DNA of 64,000 nucleotides from an uncultured Nitrospirales bacterium (GCA_964620045.1 CAZUJL010000022.1:1498-65497), one strand, 5' to 3'. Shown: positions 53,939 through 64,000, counted from the first letter of the stretch. Made by a program: numbers and translations. Notes: generated by a model not told the origin, from the sequence alone.

Positions 53939-56584
53939 TTAGGACGCCGTCTCCGTCGCGCGAGCAGCCTTGCGACGGCGCGGGGCCTTGCCGGCTTCGA
54001 TGCGCGCGCCACGGCGCTTGTCGATGAAGTTCTGCCACGCCAACACGACCGGGGAGGCGATGTAGATCGAGGAGTAGGTACCCACCACGATGCCAATGAT
54101 CATCGCGAGCGAGAAGGGTTTAAGCTCGTCGCCACCGAAGAAGAACAGCACGATCAACACGAACATGGTCGTGGTCGATGTGAGTAGCGTTCGGCTTAGT
54201 GTGCGGTTGATGCTGATGTTCAGGCCTTCGAGGAAGGACATGCCGCGCGACTTGTTCAGCGCCATGTCTTCGCGCACGCGGTCGAACACGACGATCGTGT
54301 CGTTCAGCGAGTAGCCGATGATGGTAAGCAAGGCGGCGATCACGGGGATCGTGACCTGCTGGCCGAGGGCCGACATGAGGCCGATCACGATGAGCACGTC
54401 GTGCGCCATGGCGACGACGGCGCCGAGCGCGAACTTCCATTCGAACCGGAACCACAGGTAGAGAATGATGAAGAGCAGCGCGTAGAGCATGGTGTTCACA
54501 GCGTCGAGGCGGAGCTGCTTGCCGACGGCCGGGCCGACGGACTCGACCGACAGGAGCTTTACTTCATCGTCGAGTTTCGGGCTGGACGGGTTGGCGCTGA
54601 GCGGCAACAGGGCCTGCTGCAGGTGCACGGCGACGCTGGTGTTTTCGCTGTCGCCTTCGCCAAGCGATTCCGCCTGCCCTACGCGGATGATGAAGGTGTT
54701 GGCATTCCCCTGGCCACCTTCGGTGTAGCGCTGGACGATCGGCTCCGCGAAACCGGCGGCGACAATGCGATCACGCACCTCGCCGTCGACGATCTCCTTG
54801 CCATCAGGCGCACTGATTTCCACGCGGGCGTTGGTACCCGTGCGGAAGTCGACGCCGAAGTTGTCGTCGCCGCGGAAGGCGAAGATCGCGATGCTGATGA
54901 TCGTGGCGATGATGCTGGCCGTGACCGCGATGCGGCGCTTGCCCATGAAATCGAGCCGCGGCTCGAGCGGGATAAGCTCGGTGAACTTGAACTTGTTGAT
55001 GATCTGGCGCTCGGAGACGAACTCCATCAGCGCGCGCGTGAAGACCAGCGCAGCGATCAGCGTGGAGACGACACCGACGGCCAGCGCGATGGCGAAGCCC
55101 TGGATGGCGCCCGTGCCAAACTGCAACAACACACCGGCCGCGATGAGCGTGGTGACGTTGGAGTCGAGAATCGCGGAGGCCGCGTTCTGGAAACCCGATT
55201 GGATGCAGTTGGCGAAGGACTTGCCCAATAACTGCTCTTCGCGAACACGCTCATAAATAAGCACGTTGGAGTCCACGGCCATACCGATCGTGAGCACCAG
55301 ACCGGCGATACCGGGCAGGGTCAGCGTGATGTCGAAGTAGGCGAAGGCCGCGAGAATGAGCAAGCCGTTGAACGCGAGAGAGAGCACTGCGATCACGCCG
55401 GCGAAGCGGTACCACGCGATCACGGAGATGACGACGAGCGTGAGCCCGATGACGGAAGCGTACACGCCCTTGCTGACGGCTTCCTGACCGATCGAGGCGC
55501 CGACGATCGCTGTGTACTCTTCTTTCACTTTCACCGGAAGCGAACCGGAGTTCAGCGAGATCGCGAGATCCTTGGATTCGTCGGCCGAGAACGTGCCTTC
55601 GATGACGCCGCTGCCGTAAATGCGCTGGTTGATGGTCGGCGCGGAGACGACGTTGCCGTCGAGCACGATCGCCATCTGGCGCTTGATGTTTTCTTCCGTG
55701 AGTTTCGCGAACTGATTGGCGGCTTCGCCATCGAATTGGAACGCGATGAGCCAGTTGCCCGGGCTGCGCGTGTCGGTTTGCGGGGAAGCGGACTTGATGC
55801 CTTCGCCGGACATTTCCTCGACGCGGTTCAGGACATACACTTCGCGGCGTGTGGTCTTTTCCCACGCCTTCGGGGACGGACCGAACGCGATATCGAGATT
55901 TGCGGGGATGACGTTTGCGGCGCGCGCGTCGTCCACCACTTTCTTCACGAGTTCGTAGTTTGCTTCTTCGACTTCGACGATAGAGCCCGATTGCGCGCTC
56001 GGCGCATCGAGGAAGGGGACAAAGCCGTTCTTCGAGAAAGCGTCGACCGCCTTGATGACTTCGCGGGTTTCGTCCGGACCGCTGACGAGATGGAAGCCGA
56101 GGTGGGCCGTGCGGGTAATCAGGTCGCGGGCGCGCTGCGTGTCTTTTTCGCCGGGGAGCTGGATTTGGACCTGGTTGGTGCCGAGCGTCTGGATCAGCGG
56201 CTCGGTGGCTTCAAACTCGCTGATGCGGTTCGTGACGCGTTGCAAGACAAGTTGTTGCACGTCGGTTTCTAGCAGGCCGCGCGCCTTCATTTCTTCGGTG
56301 AAGTCGAAGCCGATCACCATCAGCACGCCGCCCTGAAGGTCGAGGCCGAGGTTGATCACCATGTCGCGATTGAACTGCGACCATTTTTTAAAGCCGTGCG
56401 CCGCGCGCTCAAACGGGCCGGCGCCTTCGCGGCGCAGCTCGATGTCTTCCGTGCGCCAACGCTCGATGCGGCTTTTCTGTTCGGCTTCGTCGAGCCGATA
56501 CCAGCCGATGGTGGGGAACAGATTGACCGCCGCGACAACGATCAGCGCGATGATCAGCAAGGTACGTCCAAGGTGCTTCTGCAT
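53939..56584 (-). CDS. secDF: protein translocase subunit SecDF (fused)
   Basis: 881 aa; N-terminal MQKHLGRTLLIIALIVVAAV TM; large periplasmic domains and two 6-TM bundles typical of fused SecD-SecF. Confidence 0.85.
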   Translation of the reverse strand: MQKHLGRTLLIIALIVVAAVNLFPTIGWYRLDEAEQKSRIERWRTEDIELRREGAGPFERAAHGFKKWSQFNRDMVINLGLDLQGGVLMVIGFDFTEEMKARGLLETDVQQLVLQRVTNRISEFEATEPLIQTLGTNQVQIQLPGEKDTQRARDLITRTAHLGFHLVSGPDETREVIKAVDAFSKNGFVPFLDAPSAQSGSIVEVEEANYELVKKVVDDARAANVIPANLDIAFGPSPKAWEKTTRREVYVLNRVEEMSGEGIKSASPQTDTRSPGNWLIAFQFDGEAANQFAKLTEENIKRQMAIVLDGNVVSAPTINQRIYGSGVIEGTFSADESKDLAISLNSGSLPVKVKEEYTAIVGASIGQEAVSKGVYASVIGLTLVVISVIAWYRFAGVIAVLSLAFNGLLILAAFAYFDITLTLPGIAGLVLTIGMAVDSNVLIYERVREEQLLGKSFANCIQSGFQNAASAILDSNVTTLIAAGVLLQFGTGAIQGFAIALAVGVVSTLIAALVFTRALMEFVSERQIINKFKFTELIPLEPRLDFMGKRRIAVTASIIATIISIAIFAFRGDDNFGVDFRTGTNARVEISAPDGKEIVDGEVRDRIVAAGFAEPIVQRYTEGGQGNANTFIIRVGQAESLGEGDSENTSVAVHLQQALLPLSANPSSPKLDDEVKLLSVESVGPAVGKQLRLDAVNTMLYALLFIILYLWFRFEWKFALGAVVAMAHDVLIVIGLMSALGQQVTIPVIAALLTIIGYSLNDTIVVFDRVREDMALNKSRGMSFLEGLNISINRTLSRTLLTSTTTMFVLIVLFFFGGDELKPFSLAMIIGIVVGTYSSIYIASPVVLAWQNFIDKRRGARIEAGKAPRRRKAARATETAS

Positions 56585-56632
56585 GAATGACTCCCGTCTA
56601 TATGGAGAAGGATGCTGCCATCCTTCGCGGTG

Positions 56633-56986
56633 TTACTTCTTTGCGGTTTCCTGGGTTGCTTGCTCGCGAATGACCTGAGCGATGGCGCTGCGGACAAACT
56701 CGATCTTGGTGACCGGGTCGTCGCTGACTTTCAGCACCACCGATTTGTCGGACGTTCCGACCACGGTGCCGCAGATGCCGCCCGTGGTGATGACCTGATC
56801 GCCTTTGGCCAGGCTGTCGAGCATCTGCCGGCGATCTTTTTCGCGCTTCTGGTTCGGGCGCAGCACGAAGAAATACATGACGCCGAACATGATCAGCAGG
56901 AACGGGAACATCGACATCAGACCGCCCGCGGGGGGCGCTGCCGTGCCGGAACCCGCCGGTGGCGCAGCGGTTTCCTGCGCGTACAT
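56633..56986 (-). CDS. yajC: preprotein translocase subunit YajC
   Basis: FPFLLIMFGVMYFFVLRPNQKREKDRRQML ... GDQVITTGGICGTVVG typical YajC; start at MYAQE (ORF track to 57028). Confidence 0.75.
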   Translation of the reverse strand: MYAQETAAPPAGSGTAAPPAGGLMSMFPFLLIMFGVMYFFVLRPNQKREKDRRQMLDSLAKGDQVITTGGICGTVVGTSDKSVVLKVSDDPVTKIEFVRSAIAQVIREQATQETAKK

Positions 56987-56993
56987 CAACAGA

Positions 56994-58160
56994 TCAATCC
57001 ACACGAGACACGAACTCCTCAGGGCCATCGCCTTCGTTTGCCGGGATGGGCGCGCCGCGGTAAGCGGCGAGAAAGGCGCGTCTGAATTCAGCGAAGCAGC
57101 CTTCGAGAATCGCCCGGCGGCATTTGGTCGCTAACTCTAACATAAAGAACAGGTTGTGTAAAGTATTCAGCTGCAGCGCGAGGATCTCTCCCGCGCGGAA
57201 AAGATGGTGCAAATACGCGGGTGTGTAGCGCTGCGTGACGGGCGTCGGGAAGTCGGGATCGAGACAGCCGAAGTCGTCGCGGAAGCGCGCGTTCTTGATG
57301 TTCGCCTTGCCGCGGGACGTGAAGAGCGAGCCGTTGCGCGCGTTGCGCGTCGGCATCACGCAGTCGAACATGTCCACGCCGCGCGCGATGGCTTCGACGA
57401 GGTCATCGGGCGCACCGACGCCCATCAGATAGCGCGGGGAATTCACGGGCAAGCGTGGCGCGACCCAATCGACCGCGCGCAGCATGTCGTCCTTGCCCTC
57501 CCCCACGCTGACGCCGCCGATGGCATAACCGGGGAAACCCATGGCGACAGTGGCGTCGGCGCTTTCCCGGCGCAGATCCTCGAAAATGCTGCCCTGCACG
57601 ATGCCGAAGAGGGACTGCGTGCCGGTGGTTGTTTCTTCCCAGCGCCGCTTGCAGCGTTCGGCCCAGCGCAGCGTCATTCGCATTGATTTGGCGGCGGTAT
57701 CGTGATCGACGGGGTAGCTGGTGCATTCGTCGAGGCACATGATGATGTCGGCACCGATCGCGCGCTGGACGTCCATCGCAATCTCAGGCGACATGAAATG
57801 GCGCGAGCCGTCGAGGTGGCTCTGGAAATGCGCGCCTTCCTCGGTAATTTTGGCGAACTGCGCGAGGCTAAATATCTGGAAGCCGCCGGAGTCGGTGAGG
57901 ATGGGCTTGTCCCAGCGCATGAATTTATGCAGGCCGCCGGCCTTCTGGATGATTTCCGTGCCGGGACGCAGATACAGGTGGTAGGCGTTGCCGAGGATGA
58001 TCTGCGCGCCGATGCCGGGGAGATCCTCGGTGTTCATCGCCTTCACGGCGCCCTGCGTGCCGACGGGCATGAAGATTGGGGTCAGCACTTCGCCGTGCGG
58101 TAGCGCGAGACGGCCAGCACGGGCGCCGGTGGGGTCGGTGGCTTCGAGGGTGAAGTTCAT
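56994..58160 (-). CDS. tgt: tRNA-guanine transglycosylase (queuine tRNA-ribosyltransferase)
   Basis: LALPHGEVLTPIFMPVGTQGAVK ... DSGGFQ ... zinc-site Cys/His cluster; 388 aa. Confidence 0.85.
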   Translation of the reverse strand: MNFTLEATDPTGARAGRLALPHGEVLTPIFMPVGTQGAVKAMNTEDLPGIGAQIILGNAYHLYLRPGTEIIQKAGGLHKFMRWDKPILTDSGGFQIFSLAQFAKITEEGAHFQSHLDGSRHFMSPEIAMDVQRAIGADIIMCLDECTSYPVDHDTAAKSMRMTLRWAERCKRRWEETTTGTQSLFGIVQGSIFEDLRRESADATVAMGFPGYAIGGVSVGEGKDDMLRAVDWVAPRLPVNSPRYLMGVGAPDDLVEAIARGVDMFDCVMPTRNARNGSLFTSRGKANIKNARFRDDFGCLDPDFPTPVTQRYTPAYLHHLFRAGEILALQLNTLHNLFFMLELATKCRRAILEGCFAEFRRAFLAAYRGAPIPANEGDGPEEFVSRVD

Positions 58161-58554
58161 GGATTAGAAATCGGCGTCGGGTGATTAGTTTGAAGGGACG
58201 TAAAGGACGAAAAAGACCTAAAGGAAAATGTGACGGAAAGCCGTGAAAAGTCTGGGATATTTGTCAGACTTTGTGCATATATATTTCGCGATTTAATAGT
58301 TTTTATTGATTTTTGCTTTCTTGGGAATCCCGTGGTACAGTTCGTCTGGTCAACGCCGAATGTGGCGTTTCTCCTTCCGCGGGGGCCCGGGATAACCTCA
58401 GTCCCGGGTCCCTTAATCTTTACATTTCGGCCTTCCAACGGAAGGCCGTTCTTATTTTTGGCCAATGGACGCCATGGACAATTTGGACGGGATGGACAAT
58501 GGGCCGGGCGGCCACGGGGGGCCGCCCCTACTGTTATATGGCGTAGTTCGAGAG

Positions 58555-59955
58555 TCATTTTCCGATGCAGAAGCTGCCGAAGATGTGCTCGAGCACGTCG
58601 TCGGGGGTGGTTTCGCCGGTGATTTCGCCCAAGCTGCGCAGGGCGTCATCCAATTCGAGTCCGAGGAACTCCGGGGACTGGCCGAAGCCGGATTCGACCC
58701 GGCGGACGGCTTCCAAGGCGCGGCGCAGGCTTTCCTTCTGGTGCGTGCGCGTGAGGAGGGCCTGATCGGGGGCGATGGCCGCGCCGCCGAGGAGCAATTT
58801 GGCGAGGATGGCTTCGAGTTCGGGCAGGCCTTGGCCGGTCAGGGCGGAAGTTAGGATCGTGGCGCTGATGGGGATGTCCGGGGGCAGGTTCATTGAGGCG
58901 CGCCAATCCGGAGATTGGCGTTCCCGGGAATCTACTTTGTTGATGACGTACAGCATGGGCGTTTCGGTTTGCGCGAGTTCGCGCGCGAGCGATTCGTCTT
59001 CGGGGACGAGTCCGGTTTCGGCGTCGACCACGAGCAGGATGAGTGCGGCTTCGCGCAGCGCTTCGCGCGCGCGCTCGACACCGATGCGTTCGACTTCGTC
59101 GTCGGTGTCCCGCAGGCCGGCCATGTCGGTGAGGCGGACGGCGATGCCTTGCACGAGGATAGTCTCCTGAATCAGATCGCGCGTGGTGCCGGGGCGCGCG
59201 GTGACGATGGCGCGCGACTCGCGCAACAGCGCGTTGAACAGGCTCGACTTCCCCACGTTCGGACGTCCGGCGATCGCGACGGCGGCACCTTCACGGAGCA
59301 GGCGGCCGGCGTCGGCGGTGGCGAGCAGCGATTCCATGCGCGTGCGGGCGTTTGCAACGGCGCGACGCAACTCGGGCGTGATGGTTTCAGGGACGTCTTG
59401 ATCCGGGAAATCGATCGCGGCTTCGACATGCGACTTCGCGAGCACGAGCGCCTCGCGGATGGAATGCAATTCTTTCGACAACACGCCGCGTGAAGCTGCG
59501 GACGCCGCGAGCAGCGCGGCACGGCCTTGCGCGCGAATGCGATCAATCACGGCTTCAGCTTGCACGAGATCGATGCGGCCGTTCAGGAACGCGCGGCGCG
59601 TGAATTCGCCGGGCGCGGCCAATCGCGCGCCGGAACGCAGCACGAGATCGAGCACGGCGTGCAACGGTGCGGCACCGCCGTGGCAATTTATTTCGACGAC
59701 ATCTTCGCGCGTGTAGCTGTGCGGCGCGCGCATGACGTGGATGAGGACTTCATCCACGACCGCGCCGGTGTCGCGGATTTCGCCGTAATATACCTGCCGC
59801 GCGCCGTCGCCGAGGCGTCGGCCGGATGCGGAAACGAAAAGCCGTCCCGCGATGGGGACGGCCTCCGAACCACTGATGCGGACGATGCCAATCCCGCCCT
59901 CGCCGGGGGGAGTGGCGATCGCCGCGATCGTATCTTCACTCGTCTTCGTCGTCAC
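58555..59955 (-). CDS. mnmE: tRNA modification GTPase MnmE (TrmE)
   Basis: GTG 59955 giving [28 protein letters not shown]; G-domain motifs ([19 protein letters not shown]); C-terminal CIGK; ORF-track upstream extension is a low-complexity read-through. Confidence 0.8.
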   Translation of the reverse strand: MTTKTSEDTIAAIATPPGEGGIGIVRISGSEAVPIAGRLFVSASGRRLGDGARQVYYGEIRDTGAVVDEVLIHVMRAPHSYTREDVVEINCHGGAAPLHAVLDLVLRSGARLAAPGEFTRRAFLNGRIDLVQAEAVIDRIRAQGRAALLAASAASRGVLSKELHSIREALVLAKSHVEAAIDFPDQDVPETITPELRRAVANARTRMESLLATADAGRLLREGAAVAIAGRPNVGKSSLFNALLRESRAIVTARPGTTRDLIQETILVQGIAVRLTDMAGLRDTDDEVERIGVERAREALREAALILLVVDAETGLVPEDESLARELAQTETPMLYVINKVDSRERQSPDWRASMNLPPDIPISATILTSALTGQGLPELEAILAKLLLGGAAIAPDQALLTRTHQKESLRRALEAVRRVESGFGQSPEFLGLELDDALRSLGEITGETTPDDVLEHIFGSFCIGK

Positions 59956-61339
59956 TGTTGGACTTGTCGTCGCCGCCCTTGCCTTCTTCGTCGTCGGCGT
60001 AGGCCTTGAAGTCCGGATCGTCATCGTACTCATCCGGCTCGAAGCCTTGGCCCTTCTTTTCGTTGCCCTCGTCATCGCCGCTATCGGACTCATCGTCCGG
60101 GGCGTCCTCGGCGGTCTGCGCGGCGCGCGCGCCGGATTCGTCGGAGAGCGCAATCACCACCCGGCGGTGCAGGCTGTTACCAAGGCTGAAGGTGCGCACG
60201 TCGGGATCTTTTTCGAGCGCGAGGTGCACAATGCGGCGCTCCTGCGGATCGAGCGGTTTGAGGCGCAGCGCGCGGCCGCTGGTTTTCACTTTTTCGGCCA
60301 TCTTGCGCGCCATGTCTTCGAGCTGTTCCTTGCGGCGCTTGCGGTAGCCTTCGATGTCGATCAGGATGCGATCGACCGTGTCTTTTTCGTCGCCGCTCAC
60401 GAAGATGCGGTTGATCAGGAACTGCAGGGCTTCGAGATTTTTGCCCTTGCGGCCGATCAGCATGCCACCGTGCTCGGTCTTCACATCGAGCACAACGTTG
60501 TCGTCTTCGTTCAGGTAGCTGCTGACTTCGCCCGGCATGCTCATCTTTTCGAGCAACTCGGCCAACAATGCCGCTGCGGACTTACCCAGCGCCTCCGCGG
60601 CTTCCTTGTCGATCGGCGTGGTGCGTTCGCGGCGCGGACGCGGCTTGGACGGCGCCTGCGGGACGCGCGGCTCGCGGCGTGGGCCGCGGTTGTCGCGATC
60701 ACCGTGCGGACGTCCGCCGCGATCGTTGCGCGGGCCCCGGTTGTCGCGACGCGGGCCGCGGTTGTCGCGGCCACCTTCACGGCCTTGACGGCGATCACCA
60801 CCGCCGCCACCGCCGCGGTTGTCCCGGCGCGGGCCGCGATTGTCGCGGTTACCGCGATCCTCACGCGGGCCACGGTCTTCACGATTCCCGCGATCTTCAC
60901 GGGGACCGCGATCGAAATTACCACCGCCCTGCGGGCGCGGCTGACGCGAGATGGGGCCCGCGGGACGCACCAGGTGCGGTTGTGTGCGCGGCTGCATGTT
61001 GCCGGGCTGGCCGCCACGCTGTTGTTGTCCACCGGGGCCACGCTTCGGGCCGCGGCGGCGGGTCTGCGTGCGGGTGGGTTGGCGGCTGGTTTCGAGATGG
61101 CTTTCAACGCCGGCGCGGTTGCCGATGTTGTCGTCCTCGTCTTCCTCCGCCACGACACCGCCGGAAAGGTGCGGAGCCTTTACGCGGACCTGCACGTCGC
61201 GCGAACCGAGACCGAGAAAGCCCTTGCTGCCTTCGTCGACGATCTCGATTTGGACTTCATCCAGCTCGCAACCGAGCTGGTCGAGCGCCATTTGAATGGC
61301 CTCTTTTCTGGTCTTTGCGGTTGTTTCAACGATACGCAT
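59936..61339 (-). CDS. jag: Jag/KhpB-family RNA-binding protein (Jag-N, KH and R3H domains) with long Arg/Gly/Asp-rich disordered insert and acidic C-terminal tail
   Basis: N-terminal [41 protein letters not shown]; KH/R3H region [14 protein letters not shown] ... [13 protein letters not shown]; about 150-aa (GPRxDNRG)n insert; C-terminal Asp/Glu-rich tail of about 55 aa. Confidence 0.7.
   Translation of the reverse strand: MRIVETTAKTRKEAIQMALDQLGCELDEVQIEIVDEGSKGFLGLGSRDVQVRVKAPHLSGGVVAEEDEDDNIGNRAGVESHLETSRQPTRTQTRRRGPKRGPGGQQQRGGQPGNMQPRTQPHLVRPAGPISRQPRPQGGGNFDRGPREDRGNREDRGPREDRGNRDNRGPRRDNRGGGGGGDRRQGREGGRDNRGPRRDNRGPRNDRGGRPHGDRDNRGPRREPRVPQAPSKPRPRRERTTPIDKEAAEALGKSAAALLAELLEKMSMPGEVSSYLNEDDNVVLDVKTEHGGMLIGRKGKNLEALQFLINRIFVSGDEKDTVDRILIDIEGYRKRRKEQLEDMARKMAEKVKTSGRALRLKPLDPQERRIVHLALEKDPDVRTFSLGNSLHRRVVIALSDESGARAAQTAEDAPDDESDSGDDEGNEKKGQGFEPDEYDDDPDFKAYADDEEGKGGDDKSNSDDEDE
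60660..60910. repeat. degenerate tandem nucleotide repeat encoding the Jag RG/DR-rich insert
   Basis: Repeated units resembling cgcgggccgcggttgtcgcg across about 250 nt. Confidence 0.5.
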
Positions 61340-61472
61340 TCCTTGCCTTACCTCCTGCGGTCCCGGCGATTTCCGGCCGGCCGCGTGTGTGGGCCGTTGA
61401 TGATCACCGGCGCGTCGAGACGGGCCATCGGTGGGTCCGCTCCGGCAAGTACACGCGGGCGGCGATCATCGA

Positions 61473-63422
61473 TCACTTTTTCTTGCGATTTTTCTTTTCG
61501 GCCCGGGCCATCTCCCGTTTGCGCTGTTGAGCGCGGTCATAAAAATGCTGCGGCTTTTTCCGGCGTACGACCGGTGCCGCCACTTTCTCGGGTTGCGGTT
61601 TCTTGCCATTGCCATCTTCGGGGCCGTCGGCGAGCACGGGCACGAGCGGCGCAATCGGCGGCCCGCCGATGCGCGTGTGGCGCACGAGCCAGTTCTGCGC
61701 GATGCCGAGGACGGTGCTGGTGAGCACGTAGAGATTCAGACCGGCGGCGAAGGGATACGAGAAGGCGGCAAAGATGATCGGCATGAGGTTCATGACCATC
61801 TTCTGTTCCGGCGATTGCATTGGTCCGGAGGTCGGCGTGAGCTTCATGCTGATGAGCATGGAGCCGCCGATCAGGATCGGCAGGATGTTGAAGTGGCTCA
61901 GCGCATCACCGAAAAACGGCAAGCCGCGCAGGAAGGAAATCTGGAACAGGCTGTCGGGTTGCGAGAGGTCCTTCACCCACAGGAAGTCCGCGCCGCGAAT
62001 TTCGAACGTGTTCCACAGCATGCGGTAGAGGGCGATGAACACGGGCATCTGCAGGAGCAAGGGCAAGCAGCCCGCAAGCGGATTGATCTTCCGTTCGCGG
62101 TAGATGAGCATCATCTGCTTCTGGAATTCCTGCGGATTGTCCTTGTACTTCTCCTTGATCGCCTGCATCTCGGGCTGGAGCGCCTGCATCTTTTTCATGC
62201 TGCGCATCGACTTGATGGTGAGCGGGAAAACCACCATGCGGACGAGCACCGTGAGCAAAATGATCGCGACGCCGTAGTTTGGAATGAAGCTGTGCCACCA
62301 GTTCAGGTTGCGCAGGAGCTGCTTGGCGAACCAGTCCATCAAGTCGCTGACGGTGTCGCCGAACCATCCGCCGGGCGGGAAGAACCGCAGCGCGGTCGAC
62401 AAGGTCGGCCAGGCTTCCTGCAGTTCGCCGAGGTGCATCGGCCCGAGGTAAAGGCGGTAGTCGGTGCGGCTGGTTTCGGACGGCGCCAGCGTCATCGATG
62501 GCTGCGAGAGGCCAAACTGGAAGGCCTGCGGCAGGCCGTTGATCCAGGCGTCGTTCGTCATCGCGCCATCGCCGGCAGGTTTGAGCGCGACCATGAAGTA
62601 CTTGCTCTTGTATCCGATCCAGTCGACGGACGGCACGCGCTTGTCTTGCGGTTTGCCATCGGCGCCCACGGGAAGTTCCGCGGTCTTAAAAATTTGCGTC
62701 GCCGCATCCCGGCGCCACACGAGCGTGGGCGGGAACTGATTGCCTTCGTGTTGCACGACGAGGCCGGGGCCCCAGGTGAGCATGTAGGCGGGGGTCTGAT
62801 CGAGGCCGAGACGACGCGGCGCGGCTTCGAGGTTTTGATATTCGACGTGCACTTCGACGACGTGGCGATCGGTGCTAAGGCGAAACCGCTTCTGCACGCG
62901 CGCGGCGCCGGGGAGATCGAGATTAAACGTGATGCCGCGGCTGTCACCATCGGGAATCGCGTCGAAGCGGCGCGCATCGAGCTGCTGGCCGAGTTCCGGG
63001 TCCGTGAAGCGCAGGCCGAGCGGATACATCACTTGCGTGTCGGGCGTGGCGGCGGCCGCTTGCGGCACCAACTGGATTGATTCATCGCCGTTTTCGCCGA
63101 GCAATACCGAGGCGCGTTTGAGCCGGGCGCCGATCTTGGTGAACACAAGTTCGAGATCGTTATCGCGAATGATTACTTCGTCGTCGGGGCTGGGCTCGGC
63201 GGGCACCGGCGGCAGAAACGGCCAGGCGCTTTCCGTTTCACCGGCAGCAGTCGGGGCAGCATCGGCGGCAGGAGCCGCGGCGGTTCCGGCGGTGGTGTTG
63301 GCCGCGGTCGAAGTGGTGGCTTGTTGGGGCGCGGCGGGCTTTGGCTTTGGGGCAAAATACGTGAACCAGCCCCAGAGCAGCAGCAACATGACGACGAGGG
63401 CGATCGTTTGTCGCCGCGCCAT
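61473..63422 (-). CDS. yidC: membrane protein insertase YidC
   Basis: Start at MARRQTIALVVML (63422); large periplasmic domain; conserved C-terminal 5-TM core (NYGVAIILLTVLVRMVVFPLTIKSMRSMKKMQALQPEMQAIKEKY); Lys/Arg-rich C-terminal tail. Confidence 0.85.
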   Translation of the reverse strand: MARRQTIALVVMLLLLWGWFTYFAPKPKPAAPQQATTSTAANTTAGTAAAPAADAAPTAAGETESAWPFLPPVPAEPSPDDEVIIRDNDLELVFTKIGARLKRASVLLGENGDESIQLVPQAAAATPDTQVMYPLGLRFTDPELGQQLDARRFDAIPDGDSRGITFNLDLPGAARVQKRFRLSTDRHVVEVHVEYQNLEAAPRRLGLDQTPAYMLTWGPGLVVQHEGNQFPPTLVWRRDAATQIFKTAELPVGADGKPQDKRVPSVDWIGYKSKYFMVALKPAGDGAMTNDAWINGLPQAFQFGLSQPSMTLAPSETSRTDYRLYLGPMHLGELQEAWPTLSTALRFFPPGGWFGDTVSDLMDWFAKQLLRNLNWWHSFIPNYGVAIILLTVLVRMVVFPLTIKSMRSMKKMQALQPEMQAIKEKYKDNPQEFQKQMMLIYRERKINPLAGCLPLLLQMPVFIALYRMLWNTFEIRGADFLWVKDLSQPDSLFQISFLRGLPFFGDALSHFNILPILIGGSMLISMKLTPTSGPMQSPEQKMVMNLMPIIFAAFSYPFAAGLNLYVLTSTVLGIAQNWLVRHTRIGGPPIAPLVPVLADGPEDGNGKKPQPEKVAAPVVRRKKPQHFYDRAQQRKREMARAEKKNRKKK

Positions 63423-63519
63423 GTCCTTGTCTTGATCGTCGTTCAGCATCGCACCGCACACCACGTAGAGCGTGGCCAATCATCCGGAATGTGGTGTGCA
63501 GACGCGGCGGGCGCGACGT

Positions 63520-63765
63520 TCACGGGACCGGGTCGTATCCGCCCTTCGAGAAGGGCTGGCAGCGCAGGATGCGGTATACGGCAAGCCATGCGCCACGGAT
63601 CGGTCCGTGTTTTTCAATCGCCTCAATCGCGTACTGCGAACAGGAGGGCGTGAACCGGCAACTAGGCCCCGCGACGGCCAACAGCACCGGCGAAAGGAAC
63701 ATTTGGTACACGCGCACTGCGCCGATCAGCAGCTTGCTCATCCCTTTGATGAGCAAATTACTCAC
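63520..63765 (-). CDS. yidD: membrane protein insertion efficiency factor YidD
   Basis: [19 protein letters not shown] motif; 81 aa; overlaps rnpA 3' end. Confidence 0.7.
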   Translation of the reverse strand: MSNLLIKGMSKLLIGAVRVYQMFLSPVLLAVAGPSCRFTPSCSQYAIEAIEKHGPIRGAWLAVYRILRCQPFSKGGYDPVP

Positions 63766-64000
63766 CGAACGCGCCTCCCTGGCGGAACAACCGGCGCAGC
63801 GCCTCGCGACTTTCGTCGTAGGTCAATGCAGCGGCCGCGGGTTTGGCCACGACGACCATCCGCATTCCTTCGCGGAGCGCGGCACGTTCGTGACGATACA
63901 CCTCGCGGATGAATCGCTTAACCCGGTTGCGAATGACAGCGCCGCCTACTTTGCGGGACACCGCCAATCCCAATTTCCGCCCTTGCCCCTCGGCCACATA
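63758..64000 (-). CDS. rnpA: RNase P protein component (partial, runs off the window edge)
   Basis: [27 protein letters not shown] motif; N-terminus lies beyond position 64000. Confidence 0.7.
   Translation of the reverse strand, partial: YVAEGQGRKLGLAVSRKVGGAVIRNRVKRFIREVYRHERAALREGMRMVVVAKPAAAALTYDESREALRRLFRQGGAFGE

Noticed and set aside
58555-60153. 532-aa version of mnmE with a 65-aa N-terminal extension
   Set aside because: The extension is Thr/Arg/Pro-rich low complexity produced by reading the jag acidic-tail region in another frame. A GTG at 59955 gives the canonical [12 protein letters not shown]-terminus.
1-64000. CRISPR arrays, rRNA and tRNA genes, transposases and integrases
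   Set aside because: No regularly spaced direct repeats, no rRNA-like or cloverleaf-compatible segments, and no transposase or integrase-like ORFs were found on either strand.

Overview
High-GC (about 65-70%) bacterial chromosomal window carrying about 55 supportable genes, with no CRISPR array, no rRNA or tRNA, and no recognisable transposase or integrase. The gene content (two tandem prepilin-type pilin-like proteins with an H-x-DGH C-terminus, many secreted proteins with a c-type haem module followed by MPPW, Tat-exported oxidoreductases) suggests a Planctomycetota-like organism; this is inference. Main blocks: (1) 72-2650: cytochrome c oxidase subunits I then II, overlapping by 4 nt. (2) 2751-9259, minus strand: a DUF2911-like secreted protein, a haem c + peptidylglycine-monooxygenase-like copper monooxygenase fusion, a small secreted protein, and an about 1125-aa cytochrome c with four internal repeats. 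(3) 9355-19450: FapA-like protein, a dihydrodipicolinate-synthase-family lyase, a secreted zinc metalloprotease and a TolB-like propeller that share a low-GC patch, then an ECF sigma / anti-sigma / LTXXQ chaperone-like / epimerase operon. (4) 19608-30281: three more paralogues of the haem c + copper monooxygenase fusion (one single, two tandem), a dihaem cytochrome c, a Tat-exported thiamine-diphosphate enzyme, a second DUF2911-like protein and a soluble PQQ-dependent dehydrogenase. (5) 30290-31632: low-GC island with an orphan gene, followed by a strong terminator hairpin with no upstream ORF. (6) 31726-43919: pntAA, rimK with a retropepsin-like partner, an M20 peptidase, a DtxR-like regulator, a Tat Gfo/Idh/MocA oxidoreductase, two pilin-like paralogues, a DUF420-like protein, an FMN reductase, a short-chain dehydrogenase and an alpha/beta hydrolase. 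(7) 43926-47253: an olsB/olsA-like N- and O-acyltransferase pair plus a DedA-type membrane domain fused to an ATP-grasp-like domain. (8) 47255-53914: assorted genes including a GT-C plus GT2 glycosylation pair and a TetR regulator. (9) 53939-64000: the conserved tgt-yajC-secDF and rnpA-yidD-yidC-jag-mnmE housekeeping clusters. The most interesting signal is a family of four secreted proteins with the full PHM/DBH copper-ligand pattern (HH...H...HxH...M) fused to an N-terminal CxxCH haem module. They are paired in two loci with DUF2911-like proteins and sit among other periplasmic redox components, which points to a periplasmic cytochrome-driven copper monooxygenase system that I cannot match to a described system.
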